Source of the DNA: an uncultured Clostridium sp.
GTDB taxonomy: Bacteria > Bacillota > Clostridia > Christensenellales > CAG-138
Assembly: GCA_964392455.1 (NCBI GenBank)
Contig: CAYMPG010000003.1
Span: 802 to 64,801, forward strand
Length of the DNA stretch: 64,000 nt
Direction of reading: 5' to 3'
Shown here: piece after piece, positions 37,101-43,785 of the stretch
Layout: each line of letters begins with the position of its first letter
Position numbering within the stretch: the first letter of the stretch is position 1
Program-made: the position numbers and the translations under genes
Notes under the pieces: model-generated
Told to the model about the DNA's origin: nothing
Databases searched by the model: none
What the model saw: the letters and a program-made list of their open reading frames with translations, nothing else

Positions 37101-38243
37101 TTTTTTCGCATATTTGTCCGTCTTCTTTCCTTTGCCAGAGGAATGGTGCGAATATGCACAGTAATTCTTTTCTGTTGCGTCATTAAACACTTCATCGTAT
37201 TTACCCGGTGCGTATTTTTTAACAAAGCCTTTTAGGTAAGCAAGGTCGGCTTTATGCTGCTGGTATATTTTTACCTTGGCGCTGGATATATACTTTTCCT
37301 CCTGAAGAACATCGGTAAGCACAGACCAATCGTACAATTCCTTCAGCTTGCGTACCAGCTCTGCATCATCGCCCAGCTGCATAAGTACAGACTCCAATTT
37401 CCCTTCATCGCCGCCGAGATCTATGGACTCAGCACTTGCATACTCGTCCGCCTTATGCGGGAAAAGCTTTCCCGGCATCACCTTGCCCCCGCACAAAAGC
37501 GATATCATGCCTGAGCGAGATATTATCGGAGCCGCCTTATCCTCATCATCAAGGTGCATATCGGTCGGCTTTTTGCCATCAAATAAAAGCTCATTAAATG
37601 CTTTCACCTTATCGCTTATGCGAAGCTTTGTTTTGAGTATGCGGGCAAAGTCCTCTACGTTACAATACCAGGGCTTTTCCCCATCAAACCAGTTTATAAA
37701 GCCATCATATATTTCGGATATATCAGTAGCAGCCTCTACGTTATCCTCGCTGACCGAGCTGAGAAAATGCCCTCTATGAGCCACCAGCCATGCACAAGCA
37801 ATATATACCAGCCTCACATCATGGGGTTCGTGTGATTCCATCAGGTCAACGATAAGGTGGTGAATAGTTGGATAGGCCTTATAATAGTCCTTTTCACTAT
37901 AGTCAGCATCATTAAAGTACACACCCTCAGAGCCGGTTGTGGACTTGTCCTCCTGCCATAATGCACTTTCGCGTATGCGGATGAAAAATTGCGGATCTTT
38001 AGCCGTTATCGGTACAGCTAACAATTCCTGAATAAGCTGTACCCGCTGCTTACGCCTATCAACACGCCGCCGTGCGGTACGATTTGCGCGGCGTTCTTCC
38101 GAAAGGGCGGCACTATCAAAAGTCATGACACCAGCCATGGGCTCTCCTTTAAATTTTTGGAGGTTGTATTCCGTATCGGTAACAGCATAGCCTACAGAGT
38201 CAGTGCCACAATCCAATCCCAGATAGTATTCTTTGTTTTTCAT
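34158..38243 (-). CDS. cas9: Cas9 (type II-A, 1361 aa), nuclease motifs intact
   Basis: RuvC-I is 'YYLGLDCGTDSVGYAV'. HNH is 'DVDHIYPQCKVKDDSILNNKVLCRSECNGDKGDKYP'. The RuvC-III region is 'NDLHHAKDAYLNVVVGN'. 'IPYYVGPL' is also present. Confidence 0.97.
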   Translation of the reverse strand: MKNKEYYLGLDCGTDSVGYAVTDTEYNLQKFKGEPMAGVMTFDSAALSEERRANRTARRRVDRRKQRVQLIQELLAVPITAKDPQFFIRIRESALWQEDKSTTGSEGVYFNDADYSEKDYYKAYPTIHHLIVDLMESHEPHDVRLVYIACAWLVAHRGHFLSSVSEDNVEAATDISEIYDGFINWFDGEKPWYCNVEDFARILKTKLRISDKVKAFNELLFDGKKPTDMHLDDEDKAAPIISRSGMISLLCGGKVMPGKLFPHKADEYASAESIDLGGDEGKLESVLMQLGDDAELVRKLKELYDWSVLTDVLQEEKYISSAKVKIYQQHKADLAYLKGFVKKYAPGKYDEVFNDATEKNYCAYSHHSSGKGKKTDKYAKKTDFCDYIKKIVKNIDVQQADKAEYDDMLARLEMYTFMPKQKDTDNRVIPYQLYLVELKKILENAEQYLPFLRERDSDGLTVSEKIISVFRFRIPYYVGPLNNRSSYAWLERKAGRIYPWNFEDMVDLDKSEDRFIHNMIGRCTYLPSEYVLPKNSLYYTKFTVLNEINPIKINGIPITVEQKQSIYRELFERKKRVTFKALKEFCISEGYMLSSDILSGVDTEGIKSSLQPWHAFRKLLDAGMLTVDQAEQIIERITCTEDKARFIRWISKEFPNICTEDAKYLSNQKFKDFGRLSRRLLCEIEGMERNSGTGQVFTMLQAMWETNYTIMELLTDKFTFADNIKNEVTEYYRENPKSLSKRMDELYLSNTVRRQIYRTLDVVKDVVKALGAPPSRIFVEMARGANEEQKGKRTKSRRTQILEAYKEFSESEVRELKNLLETKDDNALQSDKLYLYFMQLGKCMYSGEPIALEHLSDQKIYDVDHIYPQCKVKDDSILNNKVLCRSECNGDKGDKYPIKADIRSRMGVFWKKLHDKNLITEEKYRRLTRTTQFTDDELMGFIQRQLVETRQSTKAVTSILKERYPDTEIVYVKAGLVADFRHEFEMLKCRTVNDLHHAKDAYLNVVVGNVYHEKFNKNYFRLDQKYSMKTKEIFDHPVGKNGCVWRGEADIGRVKRIVQKNHIHVTRYAFCRKGSLYDQQPMGATLKSELLPRKNNLPPEKYGGYRKPTATFFVLAKYYLGKKSELMIVPIELIMAAKFAESYAAAREVTRAAIEKVIGKAVDSVELPMEARILRVNTILSLDGFRVALSGKASGGKLLLVSPLMPLRLEPEDERYIKRIESFQNKRRDNQQLKLNADYDKLTPEKNIELYDVLTQKLSAYPFNKRPAVSNVIDTLVNGRKKFIGLAPDEQIKILSEILVVFSRNGGGSDFTAIGGVGKAGVPTLSSSLSNWKKSYSDVRIIDQSPSGLYEKASINLLTLL

Positions 38244-38280
38244 ATTGACATCCTCCGGAAAGATATGGTATTTTGGTCAT

Positions 38281-38399
38281 GTAAGAACAGTCCCCTCTGG
38301 ACTTACACAGCAAGTTCAAATAAGATTTCATCGAAATCGTCAGCTTGTCTGACCGTACAAGAGTACGACTTAAAGATGCCCGATTGGGTGTCTTTTTTT
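38281..38399 (+). ncRNA. tracrRNA (divergent from cas9)
   Basis: The anti-repeat 'CCCCTCTGGACTTACACAGCAAGTTCAAATAAG' is complementary to the crRNA repeat with the usual bulge. It continues like the Sp tracrRNA 'AGCAAGTTAAAATAAGG'. It ends in the hairpin GCCCGATTGGGTG plus T7 (38392-38398). Upstream are TTGACA (38245-38250) and TGgTATTTT. Confidence 0.75.
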
Positions 38400-38698
38400 G
38401 TTTGTTTTCGCAGGGGTTCTTTCAGATAGACGGTTAATTCTTTTTTCGATATGGTAAGATGTGTGTTGATTATACTCTATTTTTCTCCATATCGCAACAA
38501 ATTATCTTGTGGCAGCTCGTATAATTTTGCTTTTATTTTACTCCTGTACATTTTTTCCTGTTCGGATGCATTTTATCAACAATTATAATGTATTTTTGTC
38601 AGGTAAGCACACAGCCCTAAAGCCGAACCCGAGCAGCCTATTTATGTGCCTTGAAAGGCGCTCCCCGCCATAACCATATTTTCCCTGTACTCCGGGCT

Positions 38699-40204
38699 TT
38701 ATTCGCCCCACCTGTAGCGTATTTGGACAACGCCATTTGGAAATACCTTTACACAATCAAGTATTATGCCTATCGTTGCCCGGTCCAGCTTTATAATGGC
38801 TCTTTCATTCGCCAGCCTGTTCAGCCACTGTGCTGTACAGGGAGCGCTTTCTTCTTCGCAGATGGTCTGCCGCAGCTTCTCCATGCGATGCTCCAGGGCT
38901 GCCTGAATTTCTGTAAATTCATTACGGTTCAGCTTATTATTCTTATATCTCTCATAGGCATACCGCTTATCCATGGCAAGGCCGGACATGGCAAGCGCCA
39001 GCGCTGCGAGGCTTTTCTCTTTTCTGCGCCGTGCGTCCTCTGCCATACTGCCGCATATACCGGCTACGTCTGCTTTTTCAATTAGGCGATTTACATCCTC
39101 CAGCACAATGCGGCTCAGCTTTGCTTCATATATTCTGTGGCTGCCGCAGGCACATGGCCCGCCAGTTTTATACCGTGTACAGAAATATGCCCCTCTACCA
39201 TGGTAATTTACCAGCTTCATCCTGCCGCCGCAGGCTCCGCAGTATATCAGCCCAGCGAAAAGGCTGCCTGACCCACGAAATGCCCTGCCAGTGCTGCGCC
39301 CGGCAAGCATTGCCTGCGCCTGCTCCCATTCCTGCCGCCCGATGATTGCGGGATGAGTATCCCGATGGATGATCCATCGCTCCCGTGGAATGGAGAAAGC
39401 CCTATCATGCATGCTGCTCTTTCTGCTTTTGCCTTCAGGCGTATCCCCTGCATATACAGGGTCACGCAGCAGCCTATCCACGGAAAATATGCTCCACGCC
39501 CAGTTTTTTGTATTGGGTGCAGCCCTTTTATAAAACCCGCTTTCTGCCCGCCTTACCCCCGGGCAGGGTATTTCCCGCCGGTTCAGTTCGCTTGCAATGG
39601 CGGTTTTGCCCATGCCCCCAAGATACATGGCGTATATCTGCCTTACAGTTTCGCTGTCGCCATTTGGAATAAGGCTGCCATCTCCACCGGCTGCTTTGTC
39701 ATAGCCATACGGCGGCGATGGGCAAAGGTACTTCCCCTGGGCTCTGCGGGTGCTTAAGGCCGTACGCACCTTTTTTGAAATATCCTCTGCATACTGGGCA
39801 TTCATAAGGTTAACAACTGGAAGCCTTATGCCATCATATGGGCTCGTGACGCTATCCATATTGTCATTGATGGCGATAAAGCGCACGCCAAGGCGGGGAA
39901 ATACCCGCTCAAGATATTCACCCGCCAGTATAAGGTCGCGGCCAAAGCGGCTAAGGTCCTTTACCACCACGCAATCTATGCAGCCCGCCTCGATATCCCG
40001 AATCATCTCATTAAAGGCAGGCCGGTCAAAGCATACGCCGGAATAGCCATCATCGGAATAATGCCCTGCTATGCTCAGCTCTTCGCTGCGGAGGCAATAC
40101 TCCTCCAGTAGCTGCCGCTGCACCCGTATGCTTTCGCTGGGCGCATCCTCCCCATCCTCCCTGGATACCCTTTCATACAGAGCCGCCCTGTATACCTTCT
40201 GCAT
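38699..40204 (-). CDS. Large serine recombinase (501 aa)
   Basis: The N-terminal resolvase domain has 'AALYERVSREDG..SIRVQRQLL..DDGYSG' and 'VVVKDLSRFGRD'. A recombinase domain and the zinc ribbon 'CGACGGRM..FCTRY..CACGSHRI' follow. The C-terminal coiled-coil tail is TnpX/TndX-like. Confidence 0.9.
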   Translation of the reverse strand: MQKVYRAALYERVSREDGEDAPSESIRVQRQLLEEYCLRSEELSIAGHYSDDGYSGVCFDRPAFNEMIRDIEAGCIDCVVVKDLSRFGRDLILAGEYLERVFPRLGVRFIAINDNMDSVTSPYDGIRLPVVNLMNAQYAEDISKKVRTALSTRRAQGKYLCPSPPYGYDKAAGGDGSLIPNGDSETVRQIYAMYLGGMGKTAIASELNRREIPCPGVRRAESGFYKRAAPNTKNWAWSIFSVDRLLRDPVYAGDTPEGKSRKSSMHDRAFSIPRERWIIHRDTHPAIIGRQEWEQAQAMLAGRSTGRAFRGSGSLFAGLIYCGACGGRMKLVNYHGRGAYFCTRYKTGGPCACGSHRIYEAKLSRIVLEDVNRLIEKADVAGICGSMAEDARRRKEKSLAALALAMSGLAMDKRYAYERYKNNKLNRNEFTEIQAALEHRMEKLRQTICEEESAPCTAQWLNRLANERAIIKLDRATIGIILDCVKVFPNGVVQIRYRWGE

Positions 40205-40206
40205 GG

Positions 40207-41778
40207 CTATGCATCATCCCGAGAGCAGGCCCCGGCAATATCCGAAAAGCGATAGCATATCTTTACACAGTCATCATTGTACACATATATGCCCTCCACC
40301 GTTGCAGCAAGCGTCACCCGGTCCAGCGATTCTATTCGCCTCTGCTCAATGAGCTGTCCTGCCCATTTTTTACTTGGCAGGGCTTGCTGCTCCACAATCT
40401 CATTCTCCACCTGTAGCTGCCGCCTGAGGGCTTCCTCGCCTGCCTCATACTCTGCCCTGTATGAAATATAATCCTCGCCGGAAAGCAGCCCGGCCTTATA
40501 ATCCTCATAAAGGCTGCGGCGCAGTCTCTCCATTCGCTCAATGGATTTTTGTATCCGCTCTTTTTCTGCCGTGTGCCGGGTGGGCGGCACTGTCTTTGGT
40601 ATTCTTATGCTGCTCATATCAGGTATGGCTTCAAGCATGGAGTTCAGATCGCCAAGTAATATGGCCGCCACAGTGCTGCGCCATATCCTGCTGCCGGAAC
40701 AGGCCCCTGTGCCATATCGCTCATAGCTGCCGCAGGAATATTTCGCCTTTTCCCCCTTGCCACGGGACACCATGCTCCGGCCGCACAGCCCGCATTTTAT
40801 AAAGCCCCTGAGCGGATCCTCCAGCACGGGGCCATGGCTCCTCTCCCTCACCTTAAGCAGCCGCTGTACCCTCTCCCACTGTTCAGCCGAGACCACCGGG
40901 TCATGGGTGTTTTGCTTAACTATCCATTTATCCCGCTCCTGCAGCCGGGCTTTGCCATGCATGGCTGGCCGGCAGTACTTTCCCTGCACCATGTGGCCTG
41001 CATATACGGGATTGCACAGTATCCTGTGAATGGTGGAATACGTCCAGTAGGTGGTACCATCCAGCTTAAGTCCGTTTTTATAGTTTTCCCCCATAAGCCG
41101 CTTGTATTGGCTGGGGCAGGGTATACCCTCATCATTCAGTCGACGGGCAATGGCATCCTTGCCCTGGCCCCCTTCAAACATATCGTATATCCTCCTCACC
41201 ACCCCTGCTGCCCCCTCGTCAATCACAAGATGGCTATGGGCCTCAGGGTCACGGCAATAGCCATAGCTGCAAAACGCCCCTATAAACTCACCCCGTCTGC
41301 GCCTTGTGTCGAAGGAGCTCCTTATCTTCCCGGAAATATCCCTGGCGTATTGAGAATTGAATATATTCTTTATTGGCAGCATCATGTCATATGCTCCATT
41401 GATGCTGTCCACATTGTCATTTATGGCGATAAAGCGCACGCCCTTCTGGGGCAATATGCGCTCAAGATACCTGCCGGTATCTATATAATCCCTGCCAAAG
41501 CGGCTCAAATCCTTTACGATGATACAGTTTATCCTGCCTTCCTCCACAGCCTCCATCATCTGCCTGAATGCAGGCCGTTCAAAGCTGGTGCCGGTAAAGC
41601 CGTCATCCACATAGTGGCAGGCTATCTCCATATCCTCCGCCTGATGGCAGTAGCTTTCCAGCATATTTAGCTGGCTGGTAATGCTGTCGCTCTCCGCCTT
41701 ATCCCCATCCTCACGGGAGAGCCTTGCGTACAATCCGCATCTGTAAATCTGCCGCCCGGGCTTTGCCATATCCTGCAC
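40207..41778 (-). CDS. Large serine recombinase (523 aa), tandem paralogue
   Basis: 'CGLYARLSREDGDKAESDSITSQLNML..DDGFTG', 'IIVKDLSRFGRD' and the zinc ribbon 'CGLCGRSM..YSCGSY..GACSGSRI' are present. Its stop is 2 nt before the downstream recombinase start. Confidence 0.9.
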   Translation of the reverse strand: MQDMAKPGRQIYRCGLYARLSREDGDKAESDSITSQLNMLESYCHQAEDMEIACHYVDDGFTGTSFERPAFRQMMEAVEEGRINCIIVKDLSRFGRDYIDTGRYLERILPQKGVRFIAINDNVDSINGAYDMMLPIKNIFNSQYARDISGKIRSSFDTRRRRGEFIGAFCSYGYCRDPEAHSHLVIDEGAAGVVRRIYDMFEGGQGKDAIARRLNDEGIPCPSQYKRLMGENYKNGLKLDGTTYWTYSTIHRILCNPVYAGHMVQGKYCRPAMHGKARLQERDKWIVKQNTHDPVVSAEQWERVQRLLKVRERSHGPVLEDPLRGFIKCGLCGRSMVSRGKGEKAKYSCGSYERYGTGACSGSRIWRSTVAAILLGDLNSMLEAIPDMSSIRIPKTVPPTRHTAEKERIQKSIERMERLRRSLYEDYKAGLLSGEDYISYRAEYEAGEEALRRQLQVENEIVEQQALPSKKWAGQLIEQRRIESLDRVTLAATVEGIYVYNDDCVKICYRFSDIAGACSRDDA

Positions 41779-41781
41779 AGA

Positions 41782-41913
41782 TTATGCCTCCGGCTGCCTG
41801 TCCTGGTGGGCCTTTATCAGCTCTATCACCACCTGCTCAGGGCTCTTTTCGCCGGAAAAAAACCTTACCACCTTTATGCCGCCTTCCATTTCATCGTTTG
41901 CCCGGGTATCCAT
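41782..41913 (-). CDS. Small ORF (43 aa) immediately upstream of the recombinase pair; possible directionality/accessory factor
   Basis: The product is 'MDTRANDEMEGGIKVVRFFSGEKSPEQVVIELIKAHQDRQPEA'. GGAGGAGG lies about 7 nt before the ATG, and the stop is 3 nt before the recombinase ATG. It is below the ORF-track length cutoff and was found by hand translation. Confidence 0.45.
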   Translation of the reverse strand: MDTRANDEMEGGIKVVRFFSGEKSPEQVVIELIKAHQDRQPEA

Positions 41914-42014
41914 AGAGCGCCTCCTCCTTTTTTCTTTTATAAATCTCTATTTCGCCCATACGGCCCATATGAATGGTTTCACAAATAAAATCCCTGGCCT
42001 GTGCTGTTTATATG

Positions 42015-42050
42015 CAAAAACCCCACGGGCTGCATTTGCACCCATGGGGC
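42015..42050 (-). terminator. Rho-independent terminator after the cNMP-binding genes
   Basis: On the minus strand, CCCCATGGG-loop-CCCGTGGGG is followed by TTTTTG. Confidence 0.65.
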
Positions 42051-42085
42051 TTTGCTAAATTCAATGGGCTGTCTACGGGCTGGGG

Positions 42086-42586
42086 TCAGTATATGCGCCC
42101 ATTGATGTATGTATCCGATATGGCCTCCACATAGTCGTTTATAAACTTGCCAACCTTTTCCCAGAACATTCCCTCCCGGGGCTTATCTTCCTCCTCCTTC
42201 TTTACGGCCTCTGCCACCGCCCGGCAGGTCTCCAGGTAATCTCTGGTAAGCTCCCGCGTGCGCCGGCTCAGGTTTTTCATAATGCACAGCAGCGCCTCAG
42301 GGTCATCTCCAAAGTAATCTGCAAAGGCCTCCCCGGTGACCAGCCTGGTTTCAACATCATCCAGCGCAACTGCCGTGGCAGATCGGCGCATGGAGTCCAC
42401 CAGGCCAATTATGCCCACAGTGGCGCCGGGGCCGCCCTTTACCTCGGTAAGCTTGAATTCATCCGGCATGCCGTAGTTTTTATATATGCCCACCGTGCCG
42501 CTTCGCAGGTCATACATCCACATTTCGAAGCTGCCCTCTTTATATATGACATCGCCCTTTTTAAACAGGCGGGTGGTATCTTCCAT
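42086..42586 (-). CDS. Cyclic-nucleotide-binding-domain protein without a DNA-binding domain (166 aa)
   Basis: 'FKKGDVIYKEGSFEMWMYDLRSGTVGIY..VGIIGLVDSMRRSATAVAL' is a Crp-like beta-barrel. It is followed only by a helical tail. ATG at 42586 lies 1 nt after the upstream stop. Confidence 0.75.
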   Translation of the reverse strand: MEDTTRLFKKGDVIYKEGSFEMWMYDLRSGTVGIYKNYGMPDEFKLTEVKGGPGATVGIIGLVDSMRRSATAVALDDVETRLVTGEAFADYFGDDPEALLCIMKNLSRRTRELTRDYLETCRAVAEAVKKEEEDKPREGMFWEKVGKFINDYVEAISDTYINGRIY

Positions 42587-42587
42587 T

Positions 42588-43013
42588 TTACTTTTCCTCC
42601 ACTGCCTTTTCCCCTTGTGAGCTAAGAGCCTCTGCAAGGGCACTGCGGGCCTCCATGTAATCTCTGGTGATATCACGGATGCGCCTGCACATATTCTGTA
42701 TAATATCCACCACCCTCTCAGGCCGCTCATTCAGATAAAACCTGAAGGTCTCTCTTGTGATTATCTCAAGCCTCGTTTCCCCATCCATGGCTATTGCCGT
42801 GGCGCTGTGAGGCACCTGATCCACAAAGCTCATTTCTCCAAACACCTCATCGCCACGGCGCAGAGCCAGCATTTTTTCATTCTCCGTGCCGTAGTCCACA
42901 TATATGCCCACGCTGCCCCAGCGTATATCATACATACACTCGGCAGGCTCTCCCTGCCTGAATATTATCTCTCCCTTTTTATAGGTTCTATATTCCCTGC
43001 TTGATGCTGCCAC
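42588..43013 (-). CDS. Cyclic-nucleotide-binding-domain protein without a DNA-binding domain (141 aa), paralogue
   Basis: 'YKKGEIIFRQGEPAECMYDIRWGSVGIYV..FGEMSFVDQVPHSATAIAM' is present. It shares the helix 'RRIRDITRDYMEA' (versus 'RRTRELTRDYLET') with its paralogue. The GTG start is uncertain. Confidence 0.7.
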   Translation of the reverse strand: MAASSREYRTYKKGEIIFRQGEPAECMYDIRWGSVGIYVDYGTENEKMLALRRGDEVFGEMSFVDQVPHSATAIAMDGETRLEIITRETFRFYLNERPERVVDIIQNMCRRIRDITRDYMEARSALAEALSSQGEKAVEEK

Positions 43014-43058
43014 CCTGCAAATTCCTGCCTTTCATAATGCTGCCTGTCAAATGCCCTT

Positions 43059-43592
43059 TTACACGCGCCTGCCCATATCATAGGCATCCGCCATGGCCTT
43101 TGTACCCTTTATTTCTCCCTTTTCATAAACGCCCATGCCGCATATCACGCCCATTTCCCTTGCGCCCTCTATGCAGTCAGCATAGCCTCTCAGGCAGGCC
43201 AGCGGCGTATCCGCAGAAGCCAGCTCCTCATCCGCCGCAGTCACTATATAATACAGATCCTTGTCCTTTACCTCAGTCCAGCGGGCGACAGTTCTATCAA
43301 TAAGTGCCTTAAGCTGGGCGCTGATGGAATAAAAGTAGACGGGGCTTGCAAGCAGGATAACATCTGCATCTATCATCTTTTGCAGCACCTGACCCATATC
43401 GTCATCTATAACGCAGCTTCCTTTTTTACAGGCATAGCAGCCCCTGCAAAACCCTATATTTTTCTCGGCCACCCTTATCTTCTCCACGGTATGGCCCATT
43501 TCCATTGCACCCCGCATAAATTCATCGCAGAGCATATCAGAATTGCCGCCCTTTCGGGGACTGCCGGACAGTATCAATACATTTTTACCCAT
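43059..43592 (-). CDS. Flavodoxin-like fold NAD(P)H-dependent FMN reductase/iron-sulfur flavoprotein family protein
   Basis: 'KNVLILSGSPRKGGNS' and 'DADVILLASPVYFYSISAQLKALIDR' are present. GGAGG lies 8 nt before the ATG at 43592. Confidence 0.8.
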   Translation of the reverse strand: MGKNVLILSGSPRKGGNSDMLCDEFMRGAMEMGHTVEKIRVAEKNIGFCRGCYACKKGSCVIDDDMGQVLQKMIDADVILLASPVYFYSISAQLKALIDRTVARWTEVKDKDLYYIVTAADEELASADTPLACLRGYADCIEGAREMGVICGMGVYEKGEIKGTKAMADAYDMGRRV

Positions 43593-43661
43593 TTTATTGC
43601 CTCCACTTATCATACTGGCTGCATCACACAGCCTCTGCCCCCATAGCTCGAGCGCACCTTA

Positions 43662-43691
43662 AATATACAATGAAACGCCTCTGCATTTCAA
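43662..43691 (-). promoter_or_regulatory. Candidate promoter for the flavodoxin/cNMP operon, just inside attR
   Basis: On the minus strand, TTGAAA (43691-43686) is followed by an 18-nt spacer ending in TG and then TATATT (43667-43662). Confidence 0.5.
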
Positions 43692-43744
43692 CAGTCTTCC
43701 GTCTGAAGCCTGTCTTAAAATGCCCCATATTCCATACATGCTTT

Positions 43745-43785
43745 TCCATCCACATTATCAGCCTCAGCATGGGAAGACGACAAGA
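43745..43785. other. attR junction of the inserted element (crossover at or near TG 43770-43771)
   Basis: The element half is 'CCACATTatcAGCCTCAGCA', then TG, then the host half 'ggaagacgacaag', which resumes the deacetylase reading frame. Confidence 0.8.

Larger units (their letters stand above)
31389..43771. mobile_element. Integrated element of about 12.4 kb (serine-recombinase type, non-phage) carrying a type II-A CRISPR-Cas9 system
   Basis: It interrupts one reading frame precisely. It is bounded by a CAGCATG duplication. Joining its ends gives a palindromic attP. It encodes two large serine recombinases. Confidence 0.8.

Noticed and set aside
34158-41778. The idea that Cas9 plus serine recombinases form an RNA-guided integration machine, analogous to CRISPR-associated transposons.
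   Set aside because: Cas9 retains its RuvC and HNH catalytic motifs, and cas1/cas2/csn2 and a normal array are present. The element also has its own classical palindromic attP and a defined attB. Sequence-specific recombinase targeting therefore explains the insertion without RNA guidance. No spacer was seen to match the att region.
31389-43771. The inserted region as a prophage or conjugative element.
   Set aside because: No capsid, tail, terminase, lysis, relaxase or type IV secretion genes are present. All coding capacity is accounted for by Cas genes, the recombinases and three small cargo genes.
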